NCBI GenBank assembly: GCA_031835245.2
Contig: JAVKOQ020000002.1
Coordinates: forward strand, 186,001-250,000
Source of the DNA: Balamuthia mandrillaris
Taxonomy: Eukaryota
Reading direction: 5' to 3'
DNA: 64,000 nt
The notes beneath the pieces were generated by a model, which worked only from the letters and a program-made list of their open reading frames with translations, did not search any database and was not told the origin of the DNA. Every line of letters begins with the position of its first letter. The first letter of the stretch is position 1. Below, piece by piece: positions 26,501 to 39,293 of the stretch. Both the position numbers and the translations under genes were made by a program.

Positions 26501-27177
26501 AGGAAGATAGCATGTCCTACCAACCTTTTTTTGTGTTTTGTTGGGGCAGAGTTTGCGCCAGATGCTGCCCTCGACGACTGTCGTCGACTCAGTGGTGGGT
26601 GTTGTAAGAGGAACAAAGAGGATGGGGAGAGGCGTTCTGCCAGAGTCTATCCCCTCAGCACTATCTTGTGTTCTTGTGTGGTAACAATGTTGCAACCCAA
26701 CAATAAAAAAAAAGTCAAAAAACGAAACCTTAATGACAGCAATAAATAAAGCTTATCCTGTCATCGAACTCAAAAGCCAAGAGACCCTGTGCTCCACTTT
26801 TTGAACGAAGAGCACAGACAATATTCTCAACCCAGGCTCTACGCAGGTTCTACATTGAAATAACCTGTAGAATGCCTGATGGAGGACAATCCGCCTCAAA
26901 AGTATCTTCAGATGCCAAGATGCGCAATTCAAATGTGGCCGTAAGATCGGAAGGAGATGGAGAGCTCCGGGAAAAGTACCAGGCAAGTCCGGGCGAGGGC
27001 CGCATGGCCACAGCAGTTAGCCTTAAAAGGGGTTGCCGAGGCCCTATGTATGACTTGAGGAGGAAGGCTAGCGGAAAAGCGGGGGTGGTTTCGGTTTGAA
27101 TATTGAGTCATGGAATTAAGAAATGGCGATGAAGTTTCTGTGGGTTGAATTGGTTCGTTGTTGCTTTTGACGCGCGG

Positions 27178-29176
27178 TCAAATAAACATGTGGGCTTGTT
27201 TGTCGGAGGAGAGCATCAGCTTGGCCCTTTCGGAGCCAACAATTCCTTCCAACCGGAACATGTCAAACTTGGAGTACAGCACGGTACACTGGGAGGAGTC
27301 ACTCTCTGCCATGAAGTTGAGGACCTCGGAGTAGAAGTGGGGGTACTGGGGCAGCGCGTAGAACACCACGTTGGCAATGCCCTTTATCTTGTATCGACGG
27401 AAGAAGTGGAAGCGTTCTGTGTAAAGCATAAAGTCCCTGCGTCCTTGTTGGAAAAACGTTCGAGCTCTGGATATCTCGCTGTTGGAAGAGTATCTGGAAA
27501 GCGGGAGAGTAAACGCAAGTCAGAGAAAAGCGTAGAAGGAAGGGACTACGCGTGCAAAGATGATACGTACTCACAACAAAGGACAAAAGCAGGTTCGTCC
27601 TCTTGCTCTTTTGTGATCCAGTTTCGCAGCCGCACGTAGTCAAAGTAAGAAGGAATGAATATGAAGACTCGTTTCTGAACAGCAGCTTTCAACGCAGGAT
27701 ATACCTGAAGGGAAAGTAGGAGTGGTTCAGTGACATCTAGAGAAAGAAAAAGAATAAACGAACCTTATCAACAAAATAGTTAAACCGCGCGTTATCAACC
27801 TGCTCTATGCTGCTGCAATTGAGCTTTTGAAAGACTTGACGAAGCTTGGGAACAACACGAGAGATGGTGCCCACTTGATACTGAGAAATTTTTATGGTTC
27901 CCCTCATGTCTTTATAAAAAGGTTGGTGAGTTAAGAAGATAGTCTGCAAAGGAGTAAATCACTTACTATAGCACTGGCGATTAATGAGGGCATGGAGTTC
28001 CGGTGTAGGAACTCCTGAAAACACCAATGTTTGCCTAAAGTACTTGCTCCTGTTCAAACGCAATGTGAAAGGAACGAGAATCAGTACAAAAGAAAAGACA
28101 ATAACGTAAAGAAAAGAAAAGAAATAGAAAATAAGGCACCATTGCTGAAGAGCCCAGTAACGTGTTCGAGAAAAGTCACACTTGTGCGGAGAATGTGGCC
28201 TCAGATTGAAATGATCAAAGAGGAGAGTGACGTGCTCCCAATTTTGCATCAACAAAACATCGGCTTGATCCACGATAACCATCTCAATGGAAGCTAAAAA
28301 GTCATAGTCTCGTTTCTTATCCCTAGCCAAAAACGTATTAGCAAAAAATATCTTTGACAAGCTCCTGGTAGAAGCCTCGGATAGAGAAAAGGCGTTACCC
28401 TCGTGCTCCGACCAGCATTCGCAAGCCGAGTGGCGAAGCCACGATGATGTCTGAAGCGTAAAACTCGGAGTAGAGTTTAACTGCTTGGCGTGTAAAGCTT
28501 ATTCCAACGCGAAAACAATCATCAATGTTGCCTTTGAACAAGTCCAAGTAATCCTCTGTGTAATGCATGTGCATAAGTTTTTTGAACAGAGACAGAAACA
28601 AGAGAAAACAGGGGGAGAATAAAGCAAACATACGGGGCTTGTCTTGTTTGATGGGGTCATCTTTCAAACCGAATTCTTTCAGCAGTCGTGCTTTATTGGC
28701 AACGTGTCCCTGTATCGCAGAGAAAACTTAGCATTCGAGAAAATGGAATCGAGAAAAATCAGAAACAAAAAAGGCAACTCATTCTTCAAAGTGTTTCGCT
28801 CATGTTATAAAATCAGATAGAGCTAATAGTGAAAATAATCATAGTGTCCAGAGAGGGAGGGAGAGAAAGAGAAAGAAAGAGGAAGAGAACGGGAGCATAC
28901 ACTTTGGATTTTGGGGGTTAGTTTAAGCAGCGTTTTGACTATGTCCAATGCAGCATTGCGGAACGGAACAAGTATCAACACCTTTGGGCGAGTGAAGCCT
29001 TGATCTCTCTTTTCTCTAAATACAATGAATTAATCGCTGCAAAGAGAATGAAGGAGAATGAAAGTTACTTACAAGATTTGATCTTGCTCACTAGCTGCTT
29101 TTATCTTTGCAGAGTTGATCAGCACTTCGTCTCGTGTCCTTCAAGAGAAATTACTAGTAAGTAAAATTATTTACTC

Positions 29177-29211
<35 letters not shown>

Positions 29212-29951
29212 TTGAAGACATGGTTAAGGGCATGCATGATGTAAAGAGTGCGAATTTGGCGTGCGTTATTAGAATCACGGTTGGTATACAGCAAATCCAA
29301 ATACTCATTAAAGATGGGAAACAATCCTTCTTGAAGAGGCGTAAACGATTGCTGTTTTCTAGCTGTATTGGTCCATTATTGAGAGAGAGAGAGAGAGAGA
29401 GAGAGAAGGAATGAGTACTCGAAACAAAAATGGTAATAGAAGTAGAGAAGGTACCGTAAAAAGCATCCCATAGTGTTGCCAAACGCTGCTTAACATGAAA
29501 TCTGTTTACCAAAGTGGGAAGTTGCTTAGCGTACTCTTCCTTATCATCGCCCTTCTTTTCATCCTCCTCTTCATCTTTCGCTTTCTTGCTTGCCGTGGTG
29601 TTTTGAGTTACTATGGCAGCTGTCGGAGCACGACTCGCAACCATCGGTGGAAAGCATGTTCTCGTTTTGTTGTTTTTCTTTTTCTTCTTTTGCGATGCAA
29701 GTTTGTTGCTGCCGGCAACGTCGTTTGCTTCTGTTTGCAGGTTGTCGGTTGCGGCCTTACGCAACCCGGGCAACCAGCTTTGCACTATGCCCAATTCGGA
29801 GGCTTCGTGCCGCCGCCACTCTTTTTTCTTGCCACCGTTGTGATACTGCTCAAGTTGTTCCACATCCACTTCCACCTTTTTTTTCAACCCCACCGTTAGT
29901 GACTATAGGAGCATAGAGGAAAGAATAAAGAGGACAGAGGAATGGAAAAGA

Positions 29952-29982
<31 letters not shown>

Positions 29983-30700
29983 TGGTAATCGTACCGAAGA
30001 GTTAAAGTAGGCAATAAAAGGATCGTCCTGGGAAGATGGCTCAACGCCCAACAAACCCAGTTGCGTCTCATCAAGAATCGTTTGCTCTTCGCCCTCCCTG
30101 TCCTCTTCTTCCTTTTCATCCAGCTCTCCTTCATCTCCTTCCATGCCCCCCTCCTCTGCTTCTTCCTCCTCCTCTTCCTCTTGGTCATCTTCTTCTTCCT
30201 CTTCACTGCCGGAGTTTCCTTCTTCTTCTTCCTGCTCCTTTACCGCTGCTTCCTCCCTCCTCCTCCTCCTCCTCCTCCTCCTCCTCCTCCTCCTCCTCCT
30301 CCTCCTCCTCCTCCTCCTCTTCCTCTTCCTCTTCCTCCTCTTCTTCTTCGCTGTTTTGTTCTTCGGCCAAGCGACGCAGCATGGCTTCTTCTTTCAATTT
30401 TTTGGACTTTTGCTTGAGCCTATCTCCGAAAGATTGCAATAGCTTTTGGTAGGGAGTGAGAGCTTGCTCTTCCTCCTCTTCCTCCTCCTCCTCCTCTCCC
30501 TCTCTCTCCCCGTTCTCCTTTTGTCGCTGCAGCCGCTCCAGCTCCTCCTCCCTGCGCACCAGCTCCGTCACATCCTTGGCCTTGCTCTGCACGAGCTCCT
30601 CCACTTCGTCCTCGTGCGCCACGCGTGAGGCCTTGAAGCGTTTCTTGATCTTTTTGCCTCTGCCGCCTTTCCCACCCCCTCTGCCCCCTTTCCTCTTCAT
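27178..30700 (-). CDS. UTP25: U3 snoRNP-associated protein UTP25/DIEXF; multi-exon; apparent 1-nt frameshift at 30255-30257
   Basis: [106 protein letters not shown]. Confidence 0.93.
28775..28848 (-). ncRNA. Intronic box C/D snoRNA predicted to guide 2'-O-methylation of SSU rRNA (site equivalent to human 18S A166)
   Basis: Inside the 191-nt UTP25 intron 28710-28900: box C ATGATTA (28842-28836), guide TATTAGCTCTA (28828-28818) complementary to conserved SSU TAGAGCTAATA, box D' CTGA (28816-28813), degenerate C' ATGAGCG, box D ATGA (28782-28779). Confidence 0.75.
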
Positions 30701-31007
30701 CTCCGGTTGTTTCACGCGCACGCTCTTCTTTCTTTTTTCTTTCTTTTATTTCAACAAAATAAAAAGAAAAGTGTCGTCACTAAGGATCGATCTGAAGAAA
30801 AGTTAAAATTTCCAATAAAATTATCGATAAGTTTGCCGATAGTTGCGATCAATCGTTGCGATAATCGTAAACAATCAAAATTGAAAGATCGCTGAACAAG
30901 TTTGACAGGAAAAGTTATATTAAAAAACCAATATTAAAAAAAAACGCATAAGAATAAGCAGGGCACTCCGCGGAGTCTAGTCATCCTCTGTGGTTAACTG
31001 GTGGGGG

Positions 31008-32336
31008 ATGAACGCCACGCACACGGAGCAGAGAGGACGATGGCAGCGGCTCTTCGCAAAAGGAGGCGAATTGGCAACGGACAGGGACCCTGCGTTTGAG
31101 CTGCTGCTGGTCAATATCTTCTTTGGCTTGGTCTTGTTCCTGTTCCTCCTTTACGCGCTCGTAACAGAGACTTCAGGTCCGTTCTTCTTCTCCTTCTCTT
31201 TCTTTTGTGCTTGCAAACTGACTGCCTAAAAAATGCACCTAGGTGGAAGTGGAATGTTATGGTTTGGAGGCCTGCTCACCGTGTTTCTCTGGCAAACTGT
31301 GAGTGCAAGCCTTCTGCCCAACAAGATGGTGCTCTACAGCATCATGGTGCTCTCTGGCTCAACGTTCGTTCTCTACATTCACAGCAGCCACAACCTCCAG
31401 CTGGTGATGTTGGACCTCTCCCACATTTATCCGCTGGTGCCAGTCACGGCCGCGCTGCTCTTCCTCTTGGGACCTTCCCTCAGTCTTCACGACAGAACTT
31501 CTCTTCCTCAACACTCTCCTCTGCAACATCGTCAGCAAAAAGGAGAAGAAGAAGAAGAAGAACAAGGAGTGGAATATGAGGATGAAGAGAACGGAGGTAC
31601 TAGCAAGCAGCAGGTGATGAAGGGTTGGAGAAGGCGGAACAACGACCCTGCTGCTGTGCTCTTTTATCCATTTTTTCAACAGAAAGATGCACCAGACGAC
31701 GAAGCTCGAGTCTCTGCTTCTTTGTCAACAACGCCGTACGAACATTATTCCCTGTTGACAAGGTGCTACCATCGCATTAAACGATGGTACTATGCCACGT
31801 GTGACGTCCACTTCCGCTGTAAGGATGCTCGGTGGAACCTGGTCCTCTATAACGTCTGCTTCTACATCTGTCCGTTCATGTTCGGACTGAATTGGTCGTA
31901 CGCCATTCTGATCTTTCCCAACATCCTCATCTCCTCTCAACAAATGCAACAATGGGGCGGCAAGGAGGCTTCCTTGCTCACCGCCCTCGGCTTCCTCATC
32001 CTCTTCCTTCTCTCTCATGCCATCCGCTTCCTCCGCCGACAGTACGAGGGAAAGAGAACGCTGTACTTTTATCTCCACTTTTATCTCATCAACCTCTTCA
32101 TTCTCGGCACCGTCTCTGGCCTTGCTCTTGCCGCTGCCTCCTCCGTCTCCACCTCCGCCTCTGGCGATACCGTGCACATTCACCACTACTTCTTGGCCAT
32201 GTTCTTCTTCCCCTTGACCCGCTCCAACAACTCCCTCTGCGCCTCCATCCAAGCCTTCCTTCTGGGCCTCCACCTGGACGGGATGGTCCGCTTCGGGGCG
32301 GATTCTTTGTGGAATGCAGGTGACGTCAGCGCCTGA
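31008..32336 (+). CDS. Multi-pass membrane protein with C-terminal HIHHY motif; 2 exons
   Basis: Intron 31177-31242 joins two exons in frame. Many hydrophobic segments. C-terminal HIHHYFLAMFFFPLTR...IQAFLLGLHLDGMVRFGADSLW. Confidence 0.7.
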
Positions 32337-32577
32337 TCCCGAAATTTCCGGATTTAAATGAATTAATAATATTTCCATAATTGATTAATTTTTGATGAAT
32401 TAATATTCATTAAAAGGATATCAGATGATGTGGCATACCATAAAAGGATAAATACAAAAATAGAACAGAAAAGAAGTTAAAAATCTTTTTTGTCCGTGTT
32501 TTAAAAAAAACGGGTAACAGAAAGGTAGAGAGATTGGAAGTAGCGCACGATAACCCACACAAGATTCTACATTCAAC

Positions 32578-33154
32578 ATGAGCGAGGCAGAGGTAGGGAA
32601 ACCTCCCATTACTTTCAACCTTTTCGTTATTTATTTTTGGTTGGATGGATTGCGTTACTTACACCGAGAGATTTGTTGTGTGTGTTTTTTTTTGTATGTA
32701 GAGGGTTTCGTCTGGTCAGATTCTCAACGTGGTAGTGGCAGGCCCTGGTGGTGTTGGTAAGTCAGCCATCACCGTGCAGTACTGTTCAGGCCATTTCGTA
32801 GAGGAGGTACCCGCTCCTTTCCCATTTTTTGTTGTTTATTTTTTTTTATAAAAATTCGCCAAACAATAACTTCTGCTACGTTTTTTTCCCCTCAACGGTT
32901 ACTCCAACTTAATCAAAACAGTACGATCCTACCATTGAAGGTCAGCTCTCCTTCCTTCCTTTTGACTCATAGGATGTTCTACTTTTTCTTTTGGGTTGGG
33001 TGGGCGCCATTCCTTCTAACCCGAATCCTTTTTCTTTCCCTCTCTATTCCAAACAGACAATTTCCGCAAACAATGTTCTGTGGACGGCGTCGAGTCCGTT
33101 TTAGAAATTCTGGACACAGCTGGGCAGGAAGAGTACAAATGTATGTATAACATC

Positions 33155-33199
<45 letters not shown>

Positions 33200-33757
33200 C
33201 TTGCTCTCCCTCTCCTCTTCTCTCTTCTCCTCTCCTCTCTCTTCCCTCGTTCCTGCCTGTTCTGATCGACGAATCAATCCCGTTGAATCGTTAACCAACT
33301 TTTGGGGGCTGGATGAACAGCGATGAGAGATCAGTGGATGCGCCCCGCTCAAGGTTTCGTGTTGGTCTACTCCATCATCGCCGAAAAGTCCTTCCAGGAG
33401 ATCGCGGAGTTTAGGGACCAGATCCTGCGCGTGAAGGACACGGACCGCTGGCCCATCGTGCTCTGTGGCAACAAGTGCGATCTCCAGGAAGACAGAGAGG
33501 TGGAGAAGGCTAAAGGCGCCGCCCAGGCCAAGGAGTGGGAAGTCCCCTTCTTTGAGACCTCTGCCAAGACCACTGAGAACGTGAGCGAGGCCTTCTCCGA
33601 GCTCGTCAGACAGATCCGCAAGAACCCTGCCGGTAGCACTTCTGTAAGTTTTCTCTCCCTATCTCTCTCCTTGGTTGTTTATTTGTTTGCTTAACCTCTT
33701 ACGATCACACAGAGGCCCACCAAGAAGAGTGGAGGCAAGAGGTGCTTGCTCTTCTAA
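32578..33757 (+). CDS. Ras-subfamily small GTPase with CAAX (CLLF); multi-exon with micro-exons
   Basis: GPGGVGKSAITVQY, YDPTIEDNFRK, LDTAGQEEYKSMRDQW, GNKCD, ETSAK, C-terminal KRCLLF*. Contains a 19-nt exon at 32922-32940. Confidence 0.93.
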
Positions 33758-33913
33758 AGTTTATTTATAGACCGTTTTTTATGCACGCCATAGCCTTCCC
33801 TTATGCCCGTATCTTTTACCGCCTCTTTCTTCCTTTACTCTTTGAAATTGTTGTTGTAACATAAACCCAATTATTAAACACCTCTTCTCCCTACAAACAA
33901 CCTTTATTTATTT

Positions 33914-36900
33914 TCACGAAGTGGAAGAAAGGCTTTGTTTCTCCAAGTTCTCCACCACCACTTCCATCTCTTCCTCCTCCAGCTGCTCAGCTTGTTCTTC
34001 TCTTTGATGGCGTTGCTCTATCGTTGCTTTGTCTTCTTCCGTGCAGTGATGCGTCCATCGAGCCCACTGCTGGTAATATCTTTGTGGAAGCGATTGTGGA
34101 CTCGTGATACGATTCCACCCACTCGCTCCTCCTTCTCCCGAAGAAGCAGAAGAAGACGGCGGAGAAAGGGAGAGGCCAAGGTTATGGACCCAGTACTGCC
34201 AGTTGGAAGGATCCTCCAGGCTGATGTTCATCACGCTGGCGCAGACGAAATCCGCTTCCTTCTGTGCCCGCTGTTGCACAAAGCTAGGCAGGGAGGATGA
34301 TTGATAAACGCATTCCTCCAACGCCGATATCAATCTCGTTTGTGGCTCTTCCTGTATCGGTCATGTTAACGCAACAGATAAGAGAACGGAGCAAGAAGAA
34401 AGTTGAAGGAAGAACGAAGACAGTGGAAAGAAGAAGAAAACAAACCTGAGAAGCATCTCTTCGTATTTCGGATTGAAGGGAGTGCCAAGGAATGGGTCCG
34501 GTGCAAGCGTTGAGCACGAGGTCCTTTGGATCCTCCGTGATACGAAGCTCGACGGCCATTCTCATGCGATTGAGAGGAGAATAGCGAGAGGCCTCCTCCT
34601 TCTCCTTTTCCTTGGCTTCCTCTTCTTGAATGAACCGCCAGAAGAGGTTGTTTCCAAGGATCATATATTTGAACATGCTTTCTCCCTCCGCCAAGGATTG
34701 TGATGATAGCTGGCAAACAACTACGCCTTCATCGCTATGTAGAGGAAGGGCATGGTCCATTGGGTTCCAGTTCATTCTCCAAGTCCGCCAAATCGCTTTG
34801 CTCCTCCGATTGCTGTCGCTATTCGTATTTTGTTGCTCTTCTTGTTGTTCTTCAAAATCGAGTGCCGGAGGATTCTCACTACAAACACAGAAACATAGGC
34901 ACCAACAAACAAAGTAAGAATAACAGCATATCGACTGACTTTTTTGCAAACGAAAAGGAGTGGAGGAAACCTGGAAGCGGTCGGCATAGCGTCCTGTTCC
35001 TCTGCTGTGTAAAAACGTATGTTGTGAAGATAGTTGCGAGTGGCGATGATGGTGACGCGTGCTGGATGGTCTGATAACAAAAACATGCCTTCGTAGTCGT
35101 CGCTAATGGAGAAAGAGGACGAAGAAGAAGAGGAGGAGGAAGAGGCAAGGCTAGGAGAAAAGAATGTTAACTTTAAGAATTCAGAAGTTTCGGCCATATC
35201 TAAGCGGCGGTCAATGACAGCATTGTGAATCAAGTGCTCCCATCGTCGTCTCGTTTTGTAGATGGATATGGCAGGATGACATCCGTGAGTCTGCTGCTTG
35301 TTGCGGAACTCCCAAAGGGAGATGACTGTTGTTCCTGTGGCCCTTGTTGCTTTGTCGTTGGTATTGTTAATAGGCTGGTTGCAACAGAAGAACCAGCTAT
35401 CGGAGGTTTCAGAGGAAGAAGAAGAAGAAGAAGAAGAAGAAGAAGAAGAGAAGGCGGAGGATGTTGTCAGATGTGCGTTGCTCACATGCAATGCGTGTGT
35501 GGCATAGTGTAGAGGTGCGATGGGGATTCGGCTGTTGGAATAGAGTACATAGTAATTCCTAATCTGTCCTTCTTTGAAGTTCAAAGAAGGATCCTGTTGT
35601 GCCTTCGTCGCCTTCATTGCTGTATCCATACTCGCATGCTCCTCTTCCTCCTCTTCTTCTTTCTTGTCTTTGCCCTTGTGTGAAGAGGAGGACGCGAAAG
35701 GATAAAGCTTTGAGCCTACAATCGGATAGATCCAATCTTCCTCTTCGGTGATGAGAGACTCTTCTCCTTGCTGCAGAGGAGAGGAGATTGGTGTCCATAA
35801 GTCTGGGTGGTGTGTATTCTCTTCAAGTAGTCTTCCTCGTGCCTCAAGGCTCCAGGGAAGCCACTCGTGGACATTGAAAAGGTAGTCGTTGGGATCTATT
35901 GTGTTATAAACGAGCAACTTACAACTATAAAGAGAAAAACGGAGTTAAGAAGGAGAAAGAGAATGTAGAACATAACGAGATACAAACTTGGAAGGATGAA
36001 GTTCCGTAAGTTGCAACAGACGGAAGTAAAACTGGCTCTTGTCTTTAGAACCAAAACGGAGATCCCACAAGTAGTTGGCCGGCAATATAAAGACAACCGA
36101 GTGGCCACCGTTATCACGTGCCAAGAGCTCCTTGCAAGAAACCAGCACTTGGTCGGTTGCGTTTCGGTTGAAGGGGGTCAGCGTGACAAAGTCCTGGTAC
36201 AATAAAGAATGAACCGTTTTGCACAGACGATTGGCGATGGGAGCCTTCAGCCTTTTCGTCTTTCTTTGTTGATACTTAGCCAAATACTCAAGTAACTCTT
36301 CTCTTTGCGCCAACGTCAACTCAAGTTCCATGTCTTCCACCATAGATTTCAACACTATAAAATGGTTAAGCAAAATAACTCTACAGAAAAAGGTTGAAAA
36401 AAAGGTACCTTCAGAAGGGCTATAACAAAGCGCTTCTTCGCCATCACTATGGTTCGACGGTTTGGTTTGGTCCAACAACGAAAGATGGGTTTTGACGCGC
36501 TGCTGCGTCTCCGCATAGTAATGCTTACAAACGGACTTGATTTGTTGTTGTGCTATTTTCTTTTGTCCAGCAGCATACATAAACACAGCTCCTATTTTTG
36601 AAAGTATAACGACCATACGATAAACAAAAAGCCCAAAGAGGAAAAAAATAAATATATGCGCTCCTTACTAACCTTCAGCACCATGAAAAGCTTTGGCCTC
36701 CAAATGAAACGATATATCGGTTGGAAATAGTGAGACAACAGTCGTTCTTTTGGTGACTCCAGCATCCTTCAGCATGCGTTGTACACTGTCCAACGGAACG
36801 ATTGCATCATTTTCTTGTTTTGGATGTTTCTTTGGAAGCAAAGAGCCATGGTGATCTTCTCCAGCAGCACCTTCCAAAGAAGAAGGATGGAGTGGTCGAG

Positions 36901-39293
36901 TCTTGGGTTGCACCAAGTCTACATGACCCGTTAATTGATGGTACTCGTTGCGAATGACTTCAATCAGGGACTCTATCTCCTTCAACCGATGATTGCGTGA
37001 CTCCAGCATTTTTTGCCAAAGCATATCATTCATCCGTTCGCTGCGGCTCTGTTCAGCCTCCAGTTGCATTGTCATCATCAGCCGTTTCTTCATGGAGCCG
37101 CCCACATGCTTTGCCATCAATCCTTGCTTATTACTCGTAGATGTGGTTATATCGAAGCTACTCTCTTGGGCTTGACTTTTGAGAATGGATTCCTTTTCGG
37201 CCACCAGCTCATCCAACATTGCCACAACAGAATCCACTTCCGGTCTAAGCTTGCCAGTGCTTTGCAATATTTGCTCGAGTTTGCTTGCAACCTAAGGAAT
37301 ACAGCTTTTGTTAACTTTGTGCACCTTACATACAGTCAGCAAAGAAGAAGAACTACGAACTGAAGGAATGCAGGAAGCCATCTTACTATCAGCAAGAAGA
37401 AAGATTTCAGGAAAGAGAGCAACCAAGTGATGGCCAAAGGAAACAGTCCCGTCGCAAGTTAGGTTTCGCAGACTGGTAACGAACACTTGCATCACGTATT
37501 GTTTGTCTATGCCCTCTCGCCAAAGCCACACAAAAGAAGGTGATGAAGCATTTGTCTCAGTCGCATTCGAGGATGTGCCCTCCTCTTCTTCCTTTCCTTC
37601 TTTCATTCGCTTGTTGCTATCGTTGATGGTGGCTATGCCCATCATTTTAAGAAATGGCAGAAAAGTCTTCCGATAAAGTTTCAGAATATCTTTGAGAATC
37701 TCGTTCTTAGTGGGAGGATTGCTTTGTTTTGTGCTTCGATTCCTCTTATCCACCAATACAGCAAATGCCTCTACCACTTTTGTGATGTTCCATGTGCCTT
37801 CCTCCTCCTCACCCGTGCTTTCCTCGAGTGAAGCTCTCGAGGGAGATGGTGAGGAAGGATCGAAGAGAGGAGGCTTTGGTGTGACTTGAAGAAGGCGTCG
37901 CTCCCTCTGCTCTGCACTCTCAAAAAATGTGGCCTCTATCTTGTCGATGGCAGAAGATATCTGTGGCTGTGCGAAGAACAGCTCAACGGCTTCGGGCAAA
38001 GCGCTGATGCCCGCATCGTTATTACCACTGTGCTCGGCTTCTTCATCACCAATGAGCCCACGTAGGTCTCTTGCTTGGATAACTTCGCCTTCATCATCCT
38101 CTTCCTCTTCTTCCTCATATCTACAAGTCTTCTTCTCTTCCTCGGATGCTTCGTGTTCGTCTTCCTCCTCTTCGTCTTCCTCCTCCTCCTCATTCCCAGC
38201 ATCATCCTCATCCTCTATTAAGCCTAATGCACTCCCATCCACAACATCCCCTTCGTCCGTGTCCTGATGCGTGTTTTCTTCTGCAGACTCACTCGTCGAG
38301 CCACTACCTCGAATGTTGAAGTTGCGGTACAGATGAAGAGTATAATGCGCCCATACGAAACGATACCTTCATGTAAATGTGTTTTAGTCTAAAAAGCTCT
38401 TAAGAGAGAGAGAGAGAGAGAGAGAGCACAGAGAGCGAGAGTGCACCATAGCTCCAGTATCAGAGCCGCAAACCCAACACGAAGATATTCCTTATAGGAA
38501 GAACATGAAGCGTAGTTAAACCAGCTGCGTGCCGTCTTGACCCACCAAAGCTCCCGCTGATACTGCATGTAGTCTATGTTGCGTGTATTCCTCCATGCCT
38601 CCTCCTCATAGAGCCCGAGTATGCGGTCCACTATTGTGAACTTTCTCCAGTTGCTCTTGTGTGTGAATGCCAGTTAGAAAGAGAAAGAGAGAAGGCAACA
38701 GAAGAAGAAGAAGAAGAAGAAGAAGAAGAAGAAGAAGAAGAAGAAGAAGAAGAAGAAGAAGGAGCGAAGAAGAACAGTAAAGTGCAAAGAGTGACGAGAA
38801 AGAATACCTGCAGCAGCTCCGGTTGGTTGACGGCTTGTTCTATCTTTTGCCACTGCTCCATGTAGAACAGAATGGCCTCCGGACCCAGCGCCTCCTCCTC
38901 CACCGGCGAGCTCTCCCTTTGGATGGCGGCGAGCCAGCGGAGGTACTCCTCCCTCCGCAGCGAGAAGGGCTCGGCGCGCTCAAAGCCAAAGTCCTCGTTT
39001 ATAAGGCCCTCCAGGAACTGGCCCAGGCGGGAGTACTGCAGCATGTAGGCCACTGGAGGGCTCTGCAGAAAGAAAGTAAAGGGCTCGAGCTCGGCGAGAG
39101 AGACGGTCTTTCTTCGCTTTTGTTGTTTCGTGTTCGCTTTGGCTTTGCCTCGTTGTTGTTGTTGCGGTGGTGGTGGTTGAGCTTCATCCTTCTTTTCTGG
39201 GAGGTGTTTTTGTGAGAAAGAGTGCTCGGGAGGAGGATCTTCCTCACGGCCCCGTTTCTGGCCACGGCTCAAGTCGGTCCCTGTTTCTTCCAT
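33914..39293 (-). CDS. Large hypothetical protein (well over 1000 aa), no recognised domain; multi-exon
   Basis: Chain of long minus-strand ORFs (38631-39293, 37292-38242, 36668-37267, 35945-36616, 34772-35917, 34284-34949, 33914-34333). The junctions I checked are joinable by GT-AG introns. Confidence 0.65.
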
